A stretch of 64,000 nucleotides of DNA, taken from contig JAWKRW010000001.1 in assembly GCA_041389445.1 (NCBI GenBank), positions 970,686 to 1,034,685 on the forward strand. Direction: 5' to 3'. Position numbers and translations under genes: made by a program. Below the pieces are notes generated by a model. The model was not told where the DNA came from. It saw only the letters and a program-made list of their open reading frames with translations, and made no database searches. The DNA is from Myxococcota bacterium (GTDB lineage Bacteria > Myxococcota_A > UBA9160 > UBA4427). This document shows positions 29,347-38,392 of the stretch, one piece after another. Each line of letters begins with the position of its first letter. Position 1 is the first letter of the stretch.

Positions 29347-30262
29347 ACGCCCACGTCGACTCGCCGAACGCGAGCGGCGCGGCGAGGAAGTCCGTCATGC
29401 CCGCGTCGGCATAGGCACGCAGCCGCTTCGCGACCGCCTCCTCGTCCCCGATCACGCAGACGTCACCGATCCGCGTCGCATCGCCCGCCTCGAGCATCCG
29501 GCGGTAGGGCATCGCGCCCTCGTAGAAGCCGAACGCCTCCTGCGCGTACGCCCGCGCCTCCTCGGCGCGATGGGTGATGCAGACCGCGACGACGCCGGCG
29601 ACGGTCGGCGCCGCGCGACCCGCCTCCCGCGCGGCGCGCGTGACGCCCGGAACGATGCCCCGCCCGATCGCGCCGGGATCCGCCCAGGTCGCGATCGTCC
29701 CGTCGGCGAACGCGCCGGCCACCCGCAGCATCTGCGGTCCCAACGCGCCGACCAGCACACGCCGCGGTCGCGCCGTCGCCGGCGCGCCGTAGATCGAGCC
29801 GAGCGCGAAGACCTCGCCCTCGTGTCGCACGAAGCCCGCCTGCTCGCGCTCGCCGAGCGGCTTCTCGCCCGTCGAGAACGCGGCCGCGAGGACCTCGAGA
29901 TACTCCCGCACGTGGCGGGCGGGCCGCTCGTAGGGCAGCCCGTGCATCATGATGACGGCGACGTTCGAGCAGCCGATGCCGAGCTCGATCGGCCGTCCGA
30001 TCGCGGCCTGCGCCGTCACCGCTTGACGCGCCATCGCGAGCGGATGGAAGAAGTACGTCGGGACGACGGCGGTCCCGAGCGGGAGGCGCTCCGTGCACTC
30101 GCCCGCCGCCTGGATCGCCGCGAAGGCGTCGAGCGACCAGGGCAGATAGGGCACCCACCCGCCCGCATAACCCAGCGCCTCCGCTCGCTGCGCGCGCTCG
30201 CGCACCTCGTCGATCGTCGAGGCCGGCCCCCAGGTCTCCGAGACGAAGATTCCGATCCGCAT
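29312..30262 (-). CDS. LLM-class (luciferase-like), F420-dependent-type oxidoreductase
   Basis: ATG at 30262 (MRIGIFVSETWGP...). LLM-like TIM-barrel pattern along its length. Its 3' end overlaps the convergent gene by 35 nt. Confidence 0.8.
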   Translation of the reverse strand: MRIGIFVSETWGPASTIDEVRERAQRAEALGYAGGWVPYLPWSLDAFAAIQAAGECTERLPLGTAVVPTYFFHPLAMARQAVTAQAAIGRPIELGIGCSNVAVIMMHGLPYERPARHVREYLEVLAAAFSTGEKPLGEREQAGFVRHEGEVFALGSIYGAPATARPRRVLVGALGPQMLRVAGAFADGTIATWADPGAIGRGIVPGVTRAAREAGRAAPTVAGVVAVCITHRAEEARAYAQEAFGFYEGAMPYRRMLEAGDATRIGDVCVIGDEEAVAKRLRAYADAGMTDFLAAPLAFGESTWAFTAERLAAIRR

Positions 30263-30461
30263 GCAGTCTCCGCGCGGCACCGCGTGTCCGCCCGCGCAGT
30301 GTCGAACGGACGACGCGCCACCGCCAGTCGGGCGCGCGGAGCACGGCGACCGGACGCGCGCTCCGACCCGAGAACGGGGCAGCACCGGCGCCGGTCCGAT
30401 ACGTTCCCCGCGGCCCGGGCGGCCCGCCCGGCTCCGCACGACCCGGCCCGAGGAGGAGTTC

Positions 30462-31709
30462 TTGCCCGTCTCCGGAAAGCGCCCCCTCGGCATCGGCTTC
30501 GTCGGCGCCGGCTTCATCAATCGCTTCCACGTCCAGAGCCTGGTCGGCGTCCGCGACTGCGAGGTCCGAGGCGTCACGAGCCCGAATCGCGGCCGTGCGG
30601 AATCGCTCGCGAGCCTGGCCCGCACGCTGCGCGTCGGCGATCCGCGCGTGCATGGCTCCGTCGCCGAGCTCGCGGCCGATCCCGAGGTCGATGCGCTCTG
30701 GCTCGGCATCCCGAACGATCGCCGCGTCGAGGTCGTCGAGGAGATCGTCGACGCCATGACCCGTGGCCGGGCGCGCCTGGTGGGACTCGCCTGCGAGAAG
30801 CCCCTCGCCCGCAATCTCGCCGAGGCGAAGCGCGTGCTCGCGCTCGTCGAATCGACGCCGCTCCTCCACGGCTATCTCGAGAACCAGGTCTTCGAGCCCG
30901 CGATCGTCCGGGGCAAGGAGATCCTCTACCGCCGCGCCGTCCCCATCGCGGGACGACCCTACCTCGCCCGCGCCGCCGAGGAGCACAGCGGTCCGCACAT
31001 GCCCTGGTTCTGGGACGGCACGCGCCAGGGCGGGGGCGTGCTCTCCGATATGTTATGCCACAGCTACGAGGTCGCGCGCTTCCTGCTGACCGCCCCGGGC
31101 GAGGCGCGGGAGGCGCTGCGCGTCGAGTCGGTGAACGCGCAGATCGCCTCGCTCAAATGGACGCGGAGGGAATACGTCGAGCTGCTGCGCGAGCGGACCG
31201 GAGGCGCGGTCGACTTCGCGCGGACGCCGGTCGAGGACTTCGCCCGCGCGACGGTCCGGCTGCGGGCGCCGGCGGGCGAGCCCCTCGTCGTCGAGGCGAC
31301 GACGTCCTGGAGCTTCGTCGGGCCGGCCCTGCGGCTGCGCGCCGAGCTGCTCGGCCCCGAGTACGCGCTCGAGGCGGACAGCCTGAAGACCGACCTGTCG
31401 CTCTTCCTCTCGCGCCGGATCGGCGGAAGCGAGGGCGAGGACCTCGTGGAGAAGCAGAACGCCGAGCAGGGCCTCATGCCCGTCGTCTCCGACGAAGCCG
31501 GCCTCTACGGCTACACCGACGAGAACCGACACATGGTCCAGGCCTTCCTCGACGGGCGGATGCCCGACGAGAGCTTCCGCGACGGCGTCGCCGTCACCGA
31601 GGTCCTGATGGCCTGCTACCGCTCGGCGGAGGAGGGACGAACGATCGAGATGCCCTGTGCGCTCGAGGACTTCGTGCCCGCAGTCGCGCGCGGGGCCTGG
31701 CGGGGGTAG
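30462..31709 (+). CDS. Gfo/Idh/MocA family oxidoreductase
   Basis: AGGAGGAG RBS then TTG at 30462; no in-frame ATG lies nearby. Rossmann motif LGIGFVGAGFINRFH. Confidence 0.75.
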   Translation: MPVSGKRPLGIGFVGAGFINRFHVQSLVGVRDCEVRGVTSPNRGRAESLASLARTLRVGDPRVHGSVAELAADPEVDALWLGIPNDRRVEVVEEIVDAMTRGRARLVGLACEKPLARNLAEAKRVLALVESTPLLHGYLENQVFEPAIVRGKEILYRRAVPIAGRPYLARAAEEHSGPHMPWFWDGTRQGGGVLSDMLCHSYEVARFLLTAPGEAREALRVESVNAQIASLKWTRREYVELLRERTGGAVDFARTPVEDFARATVRLRAPAGEPLVVEATTSWSFVGPALRLRAELLGPEYALEADSLKTDLSLFLSRRIGGSEGEDLVEKQNAEQGLMPVVSDEAGLYGYTDENRHMVQAFLDGRMPDESFRDGVAVTEVLMACYRSAEEGRTIEMPCALEDFVPAVARGAWRG

Positions 31710-31796
31710 CGTCCGTTCGACGGCCCGCGCCCCGTCCCGTCGTTCCCCATCGTCGACGACCAACGTGCGCGGGTCGCTTCGATCGGAGGAGCCGCC

Positions 31797-32972
31797 ATGC
31801 GCGTCATCGACGTCGACAGCCACTTCCTCGAGCCGCCCGACTGGCTCCAGACGATCGACCCGAAGCTCGCGAGCCAGATTCCACCGGGCGATCCGATCGA
31901 GCGGATCGTGATCGGCGTCGTCGGCGACCTGCTCGAAGTCGTGCCCCGCAGCCAGCGTCCCGAGAACCTGATCGACCTGCTCGCGCCCTCCGGCCGCCGC
32001 GCGCTCGAAGCGATGCTCGCGGACAACGCCGAAGTCCGCGAAGCGAAGCTCGCCGGTCCGCCGGGAAGCTACGCGCCGAGCGAGCGCATCCCCCTGCTCG
32101 ACGCCCACGGCATCGACAAGCAGTTCCTGAACTCGACGCTCGGGACCGGGCCCTACGCCGCGGCGATGAAGATCGGCCGCCCCGACCTCGCGCAGCGCGC
32201 GCTCACCGCCTACAACCGCTGGTCCGCCCAGATGCTGGCCGGCCATACCGACCGGTTGATCCCGATCACGCTGCTCGATCTCGCCGACGTCGACTGGGCG
32301 GTCGCCGAGATGGAGCGGATGCGCGAGGCCGGCAGCCGCGCCATCCAGATCCGGGCGGAGCCGGTCTCGGCGACGAAGTCGATCGCGCATCCGGACAACG
32401 ATCGCATCTGGGCCGCGGCCGAAGATCTCGGCATGGCCGTCGTGTTCCACATCGCCGCCGGACGCGCCGAGATCAAACGCGGGTACTTCTTCAACGGCGG
32501 CGATCCGGGCCACTTCGCCCTGCTCCACCTGATCAACACGCCGGTCGTGCCCCAGCTCGCGCTGGCGGCCCTGCTCTTCGAGGGGGTGTTCCAGCGCCAT
32601 CCGAAGCTGGTCGTGATGGTCCAGGAGCTCGGCATCAGCTGGCTGCCGCATTTCCTCGAGCTGGTCGATCAGGTGACGGTCGGGCGCTACGGACAGCAGT
32701 TCGGGATGGGGCCCGGCGATTGGAAGCATCCGGATCCGCCCTCGGAGTACCTGCGGCGACAGCTGCGGGTCTCGGTCCTCGCGGCGGGCGATCTGCTGCG
32801 ACCGACGCTCGACCTCGTCCCGCCGGAGATGCTCGTCTACTCGAGCGACTTCCCGCATCAGGAGGGACGCTGGAACGCGCAGGCGATCTTCGAGTCCCAG
32901 ATGGACGGGATCGCGGACTCGGCGCGCGAGCAGTTCTTCGGCGGCTCGATCGCGGCGCTGATGGATCTCTGA
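31797..32972 (+). CDS. Amidohydrolase_2 family protein (ACMSD/LigW-like metal-dependent hydrolase/decarboxylase)
   Basis: MRVIDVDSHFLEPPDW at the N-terminus and YSSDFPHQEG near the C-terminus. Paralogous to the ORFs at 38393 and 49864. Confidence 0.8.
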   Translation: MRVIDVDSHFLEPPDWLQTIDPKLASQIPPGDPIERIVIGVVGDLLEVVPRSQRPENLIDLLAPSGRRALEAMLADNAEVREAKLAGPPGSYAPSERIPLLDAHGIDKQFLNSTLGTGPYAAAMKIGRPDLAQRALTAYNRWSAQMLAGHTDRLIPITLLDLADVDWAVAEMERMREAGSRAIQIRAEPVSATKSIAHPDNDRIWAAAEDLGMAVVFHIAAGRAEIKRGYFFNGGDPGHFALLHLINTPVVPQLALAALLFEGVFQRHPKLVVMVQELGISWLPHFLELVDQVTVGRYGQQFGMGPGDWKHPDPPSEYLRRQLRVSVLAAGDLLRPTLDLVPPEMLVYSSDFPHQEGRWNAQAIFESQMDGIADSAREQFFGGSIAALMDL

Positions 32973-34253
32973 TCAGATCCCCGCCTGGATCTTCTGCACC
33001 TCGTCGAAGTTCGGGATGTTCCCCTCCCCGTACCCCGGCATCATCTGGTTGTAGCCGGCGTGCCAGCCGATGATCTCCGGCGTGCGCGGGCTGTAGTGCT
33101 GGATGTAGATCGTCCGGCGGCGCTGCGGTCCCGTCGGGCCGGGACCGGCATGGAGACCGCAGCCGAAGTGGACGGTCGCGTCTCCGGGCTCCGTCACGAG
33201 CGGGATGATCGGGAGCTTCTTTCGCATCGCTTCGTCGGGGAAGGGATGGAAGGACTTGCCCCAGCTGCCGGCCATCATGTGGAGCTGCGAGCTGCCCGCG
33301 TTCGCCGCGTCGAGCTGGACGCCGACGAGAACGCAGGGGCAGGTGATGTGGCACCCCCCGAAGCCGCAGTCGTTGTGGAACGGGAGGTTCGCGAAGGCCG
33401 AGACCTCCTCCCCGACCGTGAACTCCTTGAGCACGGCGAGGATCCCCTCGATCCGATCGGGCGTCGGGACCACGTTCGCGCGGGAGAGGTCGCGCAGCTC
33501 GACCACCCGCGGATGCTCGTAGAGCGCCGCGAATTCGGGCGAGCGCTCCGAGAGATACGTCAGGCGATAGGGGAAACGGCCGCCGCGCCCGTCGTCGGCC
33601 CACCAGGAGCTGAGCTCGCCCTCGACCGCCTCGTCGCGGACCCGGTCGAGCGCGCGCGAGAGCCGCGTGATCCGTTCCGGATCGAAGACCTGCTTCACGA
33701 CCAGGTAGCCCGTCTGGCGCAGGAAGTTCGACATCTCCTCGCGGTCGTCGCTCCAGGCGAAGCGCCGATGCAGGTCGAGCGGTCGACCTGCGAGATCGCG
33801 GAAGTCGAGGTTGCGCCAGTCGTAGAGCGGTCGACCGGAGTAGAGCGTCCGGATCGCCGGCGCCCAGCGGTCCCCGGTCTCGAAGCCGCCGCGTCGGAAC
33901 GAGAGCGCGTTCGAGTAGAGCAGCCCGATCCAGGTCCGCATCTCGTAGCGGAAGTCGATCCACGCCTCCTCGCTCATCTCGACGACGGTTTCGGCCTCGG
34001 CGGCGACGCCCGGCACGACCTCGACCCGATCGGGCTGCGCGACGAAGCTGTAGGCCCGCTCGCCCGGGAGCACGATCGCGAAGGGACGCGCGCCGGCGAC
34101 GTCCCAATGCACCGCGTCGGAGCCGCCCTCGCGCAGCTTCCTCGGCAGCTCGACCCGATGGAACGAGTCGAAGTCCACCGGCGGGAAGCCCGCCCGGCGG
34201 TACATCCCCAGCTGGACCTCGCGTCCGATGTCGTCGAGCTCGGCGGCGGCCAC
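32973..34253 (-). CDS. Phytanoyl-CoA dioxygenase (PhyH)-like Fe(II)/2OG oxygenase with extra N-terminal domain
   Basis: GTG start at 34253 preceded by AGGAGGA. FLRQTGYLVVKQVFDPERI and LPFHNDCG (HxD), with a distal His in VHFGCGLHAG. The stop codon abuts the convergent gene's stop. Confidence 0.65.
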   Translation of the reverse strand: MAAAELDDIGREVQLGMYRRAGFPPVDFDSFHRVELPRKLREGGSDAVHWDVAGARPFAIVLPGERAYSFVAQPDRVEVVPGVAAEAETVVEMSEEAWIDFRYEMRTWIGLLYSNALSFRRGGFETGDRWAPAIRTLYSGRPLYDWRNLDFRDLAGRPLDLHRRFAWSDDREEMSNFLRQTGYLVVKQVFDPERITRLSRALDRVRDEAVEGELSSWWADDGRGGRFPYRLTYLSERSPEFAALYEHPRVVELRDLSRANVVPTPDRIEGILAVLKEFTVGEEVSAFANLPFHNDCGFGGCHITCPCVLVGVQLDAANAGSSQLHMMAGSWGKSFHPFPDEAMRKKLPIIPLVTEPGDATVHFGCGLHAGPGPTGPQRRRTIYIQHYSPRTPEIIGWHAGYNQMMPGYGEGNIPNFDEVQKIQAGI

Positions 34254-34273
34254 GGCGTTCCTCCTGTCTTCCC

Positions 34274-34399
34274 GTTTCGGAAGCTTCCTTTCTCGGACGC
34301 TTCCCTGTTTCCGAAGTTCCCTGTTCGGACGCTTCCAGGTTCGAGCGCTTCGACGGTTCCGGGCTGCTTCGATTCTCGAACGCTTCGAGCCTCGAAGCC
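34274..34399. repeat. Array of eight degenerate ~16-nt tandem units with GAA/TTC half-sites
   Basis: Units: gtttcggaagcttcc | tttctcggacgcttcc | ctgtttccgaagttcc | ctgttcggacgcttcc | aggttcgagcgcttcg | acggttccgggctgcttcg | attctcgaacgcttcg | agcctcgaagcc. Units 2 and 4 share TCGGACGCTTCC. Unit 1 contains the perfect palindrome GGAAGCTTCC. The array fills the 154-nt gap between two minus-strand genes. Confidence 0.85.
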
Positions 34400-34407
34400 A
34401 GCCCGGG

Positions 34408-35580
34408 CTAGCGATCGAAGTGCGGAATCAGGTACTTGCCGACATTGCGCATCCCCTCGAGGACCGTCGCGTGCGGAAGGGTCCCGATCTGCAGGAAGCA
34501 CATCAGCTGATCGACACCGAGATCCGCATAGCCCTCCGCCTTGCGACGGCAGGTCTCCGGATCCCCGACGATGACCGACTGGACCTCGGAGAGCGTCTCG
34601 TACGCCTCCTCGTTGCCGATCTTCTCGCCGGCGGCGTAGCGCTTCACCAGGTCGACGATCGGATGCTCGTTTTCGCCACGCGCCATCTGCGCCGGATCGA
34701 TCGCGGTGACGGCGCGATAGGCGTTCGGATCGCTCGGTAGCAGCCCGCCCCGGATCAGCTCCCAGACGTTCTCGGGCGGCGCGTGGAAGACCTCGGGCAT
34801 GCGCGCCATGTACCAGAGCGCCGCGTTGCAGGCGCCGCTCGCGACGGCCGCCTTCTCGGTCTCGGCGACGTGCACGAACGTGAAGATCGCACGCCGCTCG
34901 TTGCGGAACGCGCCGGCCGGCGTCTCGCACTCGGCGAGCCCGGCGCGGTATTCCGCGAGCAGCGACTCGATCGCGTCCATCCGGGTCAGCAGCGTGTTGC
35001 CGATCGCGCCGACGCCGAGCTGCCCGGCCAGGCGGAAGGCGGCGGGACTGCCCGTGGTCGACCAGAGCGGCGGATGCGGCTTCTGGACCGGCTTCGGAAT
35101 GATGTTGCGCTCCGGTACCCGCAGCAGCGGCGAGTCCCAGGAAAAGACCTCCCGCGTCCACATCTGCGGGATCATCCGCAGCGCCTCGACCAGCTGATCG
35201 CGCGACGTCTCGACGTCGACGCCGAAGGCGTCCCACTCGCCGGCCAGCGAGCGCGCCATGCCGAACTCGACCCGGCCCTCGCTGATGTGGTCGAGCATGG
35301 CGCCGCGCTCGGCCGCGCGGACGGGATGGTTGATCTTGAAGGGCGCGAGCACGCCCGAGTGGCCGAGCCGGATGCGGTCGGTCTGGGTCGCGATCCAGGA
35401 GAGGATCAGCTCGGGCGCCGAGCTGTAGCTGTACTCGCCTGCCCCGTGGTGCTCGACCATCCACCAGGTCTGGAACCCGAGCGCATCGGCGAGCCGCGCC
35501 TGCTCGAGCACGTCGCGATAGAGCCCCCGCTCGTCGCGCGGCCCGACGCGCTGGGCCTCACAGAAGACATCGAACTTCAC
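34408..35580 (-). CDS. LLM-class flavin-dependent (luciferase-like) monooxygenase
   Basis: VKFDVFCEAQR...WWMVEHHG...GRVEFGMARS pattern. The GTG at 35580 preceded by GGAAGGGGAG is preferred. ATGs at 35610 and 35625 inside the pentanucleotide repeat are alternative in-frame starts. Confidence 0.8.
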   Translation of the reverse strand: MKFDVFCEAQRVGPRDERGLYRDVLEQARLADALGFQTWWMVEHHGAGEYSYSSAPELILSWIATQTDRIRLGHSGVLAPFKINHPVRAAERGAMLDHISEGRVEFGMARSLAGEWDAFGVDVETSRDQLVEALRMIPQMWTREVFSWDSPLLRVPERNIIPKPVQKPHPPLWSTTGSPAAFRLAGQLGVGAIGNTLLTRMDAIESLLAEYRAGLAECETPAGAFRNERRAIFTFVHVAETEKAAVASGACNAALWYMARMPEVFHAPPENVWELIRGGLLPSDPNAYRAVTAIDPAQMARGENEHPIVDLVKRYAAGEKIGNEEAYETLSEVQSVIVGDPETCRRKAEGYADLGVDQLMCFLQIGTLPHATVLEGMRNVGKYLIPHFDR

Positions 35581-35596
35581 GATCCCGCTCCCCTTC

Positions 35597-35641
35597 CCAT
35601 GCCATGCCATGCCATGCCATGCCATGCCCTGCCCTGCCCTG
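35597..35641. repeat. Pentanucleotide microsatellite (CCATG)6(CCCTG)3
   Basis: Nine contiguous 5-nt units read directly from the sequence. On the minus strand this is (CAGGG)3(CATGG)6, i.e. six ATGs rotating through all three frames immediately upstream of the LLM gene. Confidence 0.95.
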
Positions 35642-35691
35642 TTCCACGCCGGCGCCCCGCGCCCGGCCGTGGGTCGTCGAGCGCCGAGCGT

Positions 35692-36717
35692 TCAGCGACC
35701 GAGGTCGTCGATCACCGCCCGCCCGAGATACTTCGCGGCCTCGAGCTCGTCGAAGATCGACGGCAGGTCCGAGAGCGGTCCGCGCCGCGACACGTGGCTC
35801 TTGACCCGACCGGCCGCGGCGAGATCGACGAGCTCGCGCATGTCCTGGACCGTCCCGACCGCGGAGTAGATCACGGTCGGGTCCTTCATGAAGAACTCGA
35901 AGGGATTGAGCTCGATGTTGCCCTCGCGCGTCGCGGGCAGGCCGACCGCGACGAAGAGACCCGCCTTGCGCAGCAGCTGGAAGCCGAGCCGGAAGCCCGC
36001 CATGCGCGCCGAGAAGACGAGCACCGCGTCGACGCCTCCGTACGCCTTCTCGACGACTTCGACCGCCTCGTCCGCCGACACCGCGCGGTCGGCCCCGAGC
36101 GACGAGACGAACGCGAGGCGCTCGGGGCCGATGTCGACGCCGACCACCTTGTAGCCGAAGGCGCTCGCGATCTGGACCGCGTAGTGGCCCAGGCCGCCCG
36201 CGGCGCCGATGACGGCGATCGGGCGTCCGGGAAGGACGCGATGCTTCGAGAGCTTCTTGACGGCGCCATAGGCCGTCAGCCCGCCGCAGGCGAGCGGCGC
36301 CTCGTGGTCGCCGATCGAGGGCGGGATCTTCACGAGCGAGCGGGCGTAGACCGGGAAGTATTCGCTGAACGTCCCGATGATGCCCTTCGATTCGGCGCAG
36401 TGGCGCGGCTGACCCGAGAGGCAGTACTCGCAGGCGCCGCACCAGTAGCCGCCCCCGGTCCCGCCGAGCCCCAGGATGACCCGATCCCCGACCTGCGCGA
36501 AGCGTTCGGCGCCGGGCCCGAGCGCCGTCACGACGCCGATCGCCTCGTGCCCGATGCCGCCCGACATCGGTCCGAACCAGTCGCCCCGCGCCAGATGGAG
36601 ATCCGAGTGGCAGACGCCCGACGCGCTGATGCGCACGAGCGCCTCCTCGGTTCCCGGTACGGGGATCGGCTCGTCGCGGATCACGAGCCTGCCCTCTTCG
36701 AGTCGTGCGGCCTTCAT
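35692..36717 (-). CDS. Zinc-dependent alcohol dehydrogenase (MDR family)
   Basis: GAGGAGGA RBS then ATG at 36717. Motifs GVCHSDLH, GHEAIG, CGACEYC and GAAGGLG. Confidence 0.9.
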   Translation of the reverse strand: MKAARLEEGRLVIRDEPIPVPGTEEALVRISASGVCHSDLHLARGDWFGPMSGGIGHEAIGVVTALGPGAERFAQVGDRVILGLGGTGGGYWCGACEYCLSGQPRHCAESKGIIGTFSEYFPVYARSLVKIPPSIGDHEAPLACGGLTAYGAVKKLSKHRVLPGRPIAVIGAAGGLGHYAVQIASAFGYKVVGVDIGPERLAFVSSLGADRAVSADEAVEVVEKAYGGVDAVLVFSARMAGFRLGFQLLRKAGLFVAVGLPATREGNIELNPFEFFMKDPTVIYSAVGTVQDMRELVDLAAAGRVKSHVSRRGPLSDLPSIFDELEAAKYLGRAVIDDLGR

Positions 36718-36782
36718 CGAGTCCTCCTCGTCGGATGCGCCATCGTTCGTCCCGGGCGCATCGCGCTCGGGACGGGCGTCCC

Positions 36783-38264
36783 TCAGCTTCCGGTGGCGAC
36801 GGGCTCGTTCTCGACGCGCGGCCCGATCTCGTACGCCTCCGGTCCGACCGCGGCGAGCGCCTGCTTGAAGGTCGACATCGAATGCGGGTACTGGGTCACG
36901 ATGCGACCGGAGTCGCTCGCATAGTAGTGGTTGCAGCTCGCCTGCCAGACGGTGACGTTCGCGATCGCCTTCTGGATGGCCTCGTTGTACTCGGCCATCA
37001 CGTCCGCTCGAACGTCGAGCCAAGCGAGACGCTCGTCTGCGATGCGCCGGACGAGCTCGACGACGTGGTCGACCTGGAACTCGATCATCGTGATGATCGA
37101 GCCGTTGTTGGTGTTCGGGCCGTAGAGCTGGAAGAGGTTCGGGAAGCCAGTGGTCGAGACGCCGAGGAAGGCCTGCGCGCCCTCCTTCCAGGCGTCGGCG
37201 ATCGCGAGCCCGCCCCGCCCCCGGACGTCGATCGCCGAGAGGTAGCGATTCGCCTTGAAGCCGGTGGCGAGGACGAGCGTGTCGACGGGCCGCAGGCGAC
37301 TGCCCGCGACGACGCCCGACTTCGTGACGCGCTCGATCGGGTCGGTGACGAGCTCGAGGTTCGGCCGGTTGAAGGAGGGGTAGTAGTCATTCGAGAAGAG
37401 CGGCCGCTTGCAGCCCCAGGGATGGGTCGGCAGCAGCTTCTCGCGCAGGACCGGGTCCTCGACGACCTCGATCGCCTTGCGACCGACCGCCTCGAGCTCC
37501 GCCCGGCGCGTCTCGTCGAGGAACGCGGTGCCCGTGTCGATCGTTTCGTAGATCTCGTCGCGTCGCGCGAGCACGAGGCTCGGGTCGACCGCGCGCCGAC
37601 GGAGCGTCTCCTCCGAGTAGGGATCGTCCTCCTTCGGCAGGACCCAGTTCGCGGTGCGCTGGTAGTAGTCGACATGGCCCGCGATCTTCACGATCTCGGG
37701 CACCATCTGGATCGCGGAAGCCGCGCTCCCGATGACGGCGACGCGGCGACCGGCGAGGTCGTGGCCCCAGTCGTACTTCGCGGTATGGAAACAGGCCCCC
37801 GAGAAGTCCTCGAGACCCGGAATGTCCGGATGGGCGAGGTCGTTGAACATGCCGAGCGCGCTGACGACGACGTCGGCGGCATGGGTCGAGCCGTCGCCCA
37901 GAGCGAGCGTCCATTCGGCGCAGGCATCGCTCCAGACCGCGCGCTCGACCTCGAGGCCGAAGCGACAGCGCGCAAGCACACCGTGTCGTTCGGCCACGCG
38001 GTCGAGATAGGCGAGGATCTCGGGCTGGGGGGCATACGGTCGCGACCAGCTCGTGTTGACGTCGAACGAGAAGGAGTAGAGCTCGCTCTGGACGTCGCAG
38101 GCGCAGCCGGGGTAGCGGTTGTGATTCCACGTGCCGCCGATGCGATCCGACTTCTCGAAGAGCACGACGTCTTCGAAGCCCGCCTCGGCGAGCTTGATGG
38201 CCATGCAGAGGCCCCCGGGTCCTGCACCGATGATCGCGATCCGAAGCGGTCTGCGTTTCGACAT
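36783..38264 (-). CDS. Baeyer-Villiger / flavin-containing monooxygenase
   Basis: IAIIGAGPGG FAD Rossmann. FSGACFHTAKY resembles the BVMO fingerprint FxGxxxHxxxW. Second Rossmann VAVIGSAASA. The ATG at 38264 is preferred over the GTG at 38279. Confidence 0.85.
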   Translation of the reverse strand: MSKRRPLRIAIIGAGPGGLCMAIKLAEAGFEDVVLFEKSDRIGGTWNHNRYPGCACDVQSELYSFSFDVNTSWSRPYAPQPEILAYLDRVAERHGVLARCRFGLEVERAVWSDACAEWTLALGDGSTHAADVVVSALGMFNDLAHPDIPGLEDFSGACFHTAKYDWGHDLAGRRVAVIGSAASAIQMVPEIVKIAGHVDYYQRTANWVLPKEDDPYSEETLRRRAVDPSLVLARRDEIYETIDTGTAFLDETRRAELEAVGRKAIEVVEDPVLREKLLPTHPWGCKRPLFSNDYYPSFNRPNLELVTDPIERVTKSGVVAGSRLRPVDTLVLATGFKANRYLSAIDVRGRGGLAIADAWKEGAQAFLGVSTTGFPNLFQLYGPNTNNGSIITMIEFQVDHVVELVRRIADERLAWLDVRADVMAEYNEAIQKAIANVTVWQASCNHYYASDSGRIVTQYPHSMSTFKQALAAVGPEAYEIGPRVENEPVATGS

Positions 38265-38392
38265 GGCCCTAGACTCCACCGCTCTTTACAGTTCGTCAAT
38301 CGCGATCTATCCCCCTCCCCATCGCCCGGATGCAACTTCCTCCGGGCTGCCGGCGACGTGCGGCACGCCGCACCGGCACCAGGAGATGCGCC

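Noticed and set aside
32970-32975. Convergent genes whose stop codons abut with zero intergenic bases (TGA/TCA forming the palindrome TGATCA)
   Set aside because: It is real in the sequence but most simply a compact-genome coincidence. There is no associated hairpin or motif.
29117-33073. 1318-aa plus-strand ORF
   Set aside because: It crosses four independently supported genes on both strands in wrong frames. Its composition is Arg/Pro/Gly-rich.
35581-35625. N-terminal extension MAWHGMAWHGKGSGI of the LLM monooxygenase as the true start
   Set aside because: The extension is encoded by the pentanucleotide repeat itself. A GTG at 35580 with a GGAAGGGGAG Shine-Dalgarno sequence fits the conserved LLM N-terminus (VKFDVF...). 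It is kept only as an alternative in the microsatellite finding.
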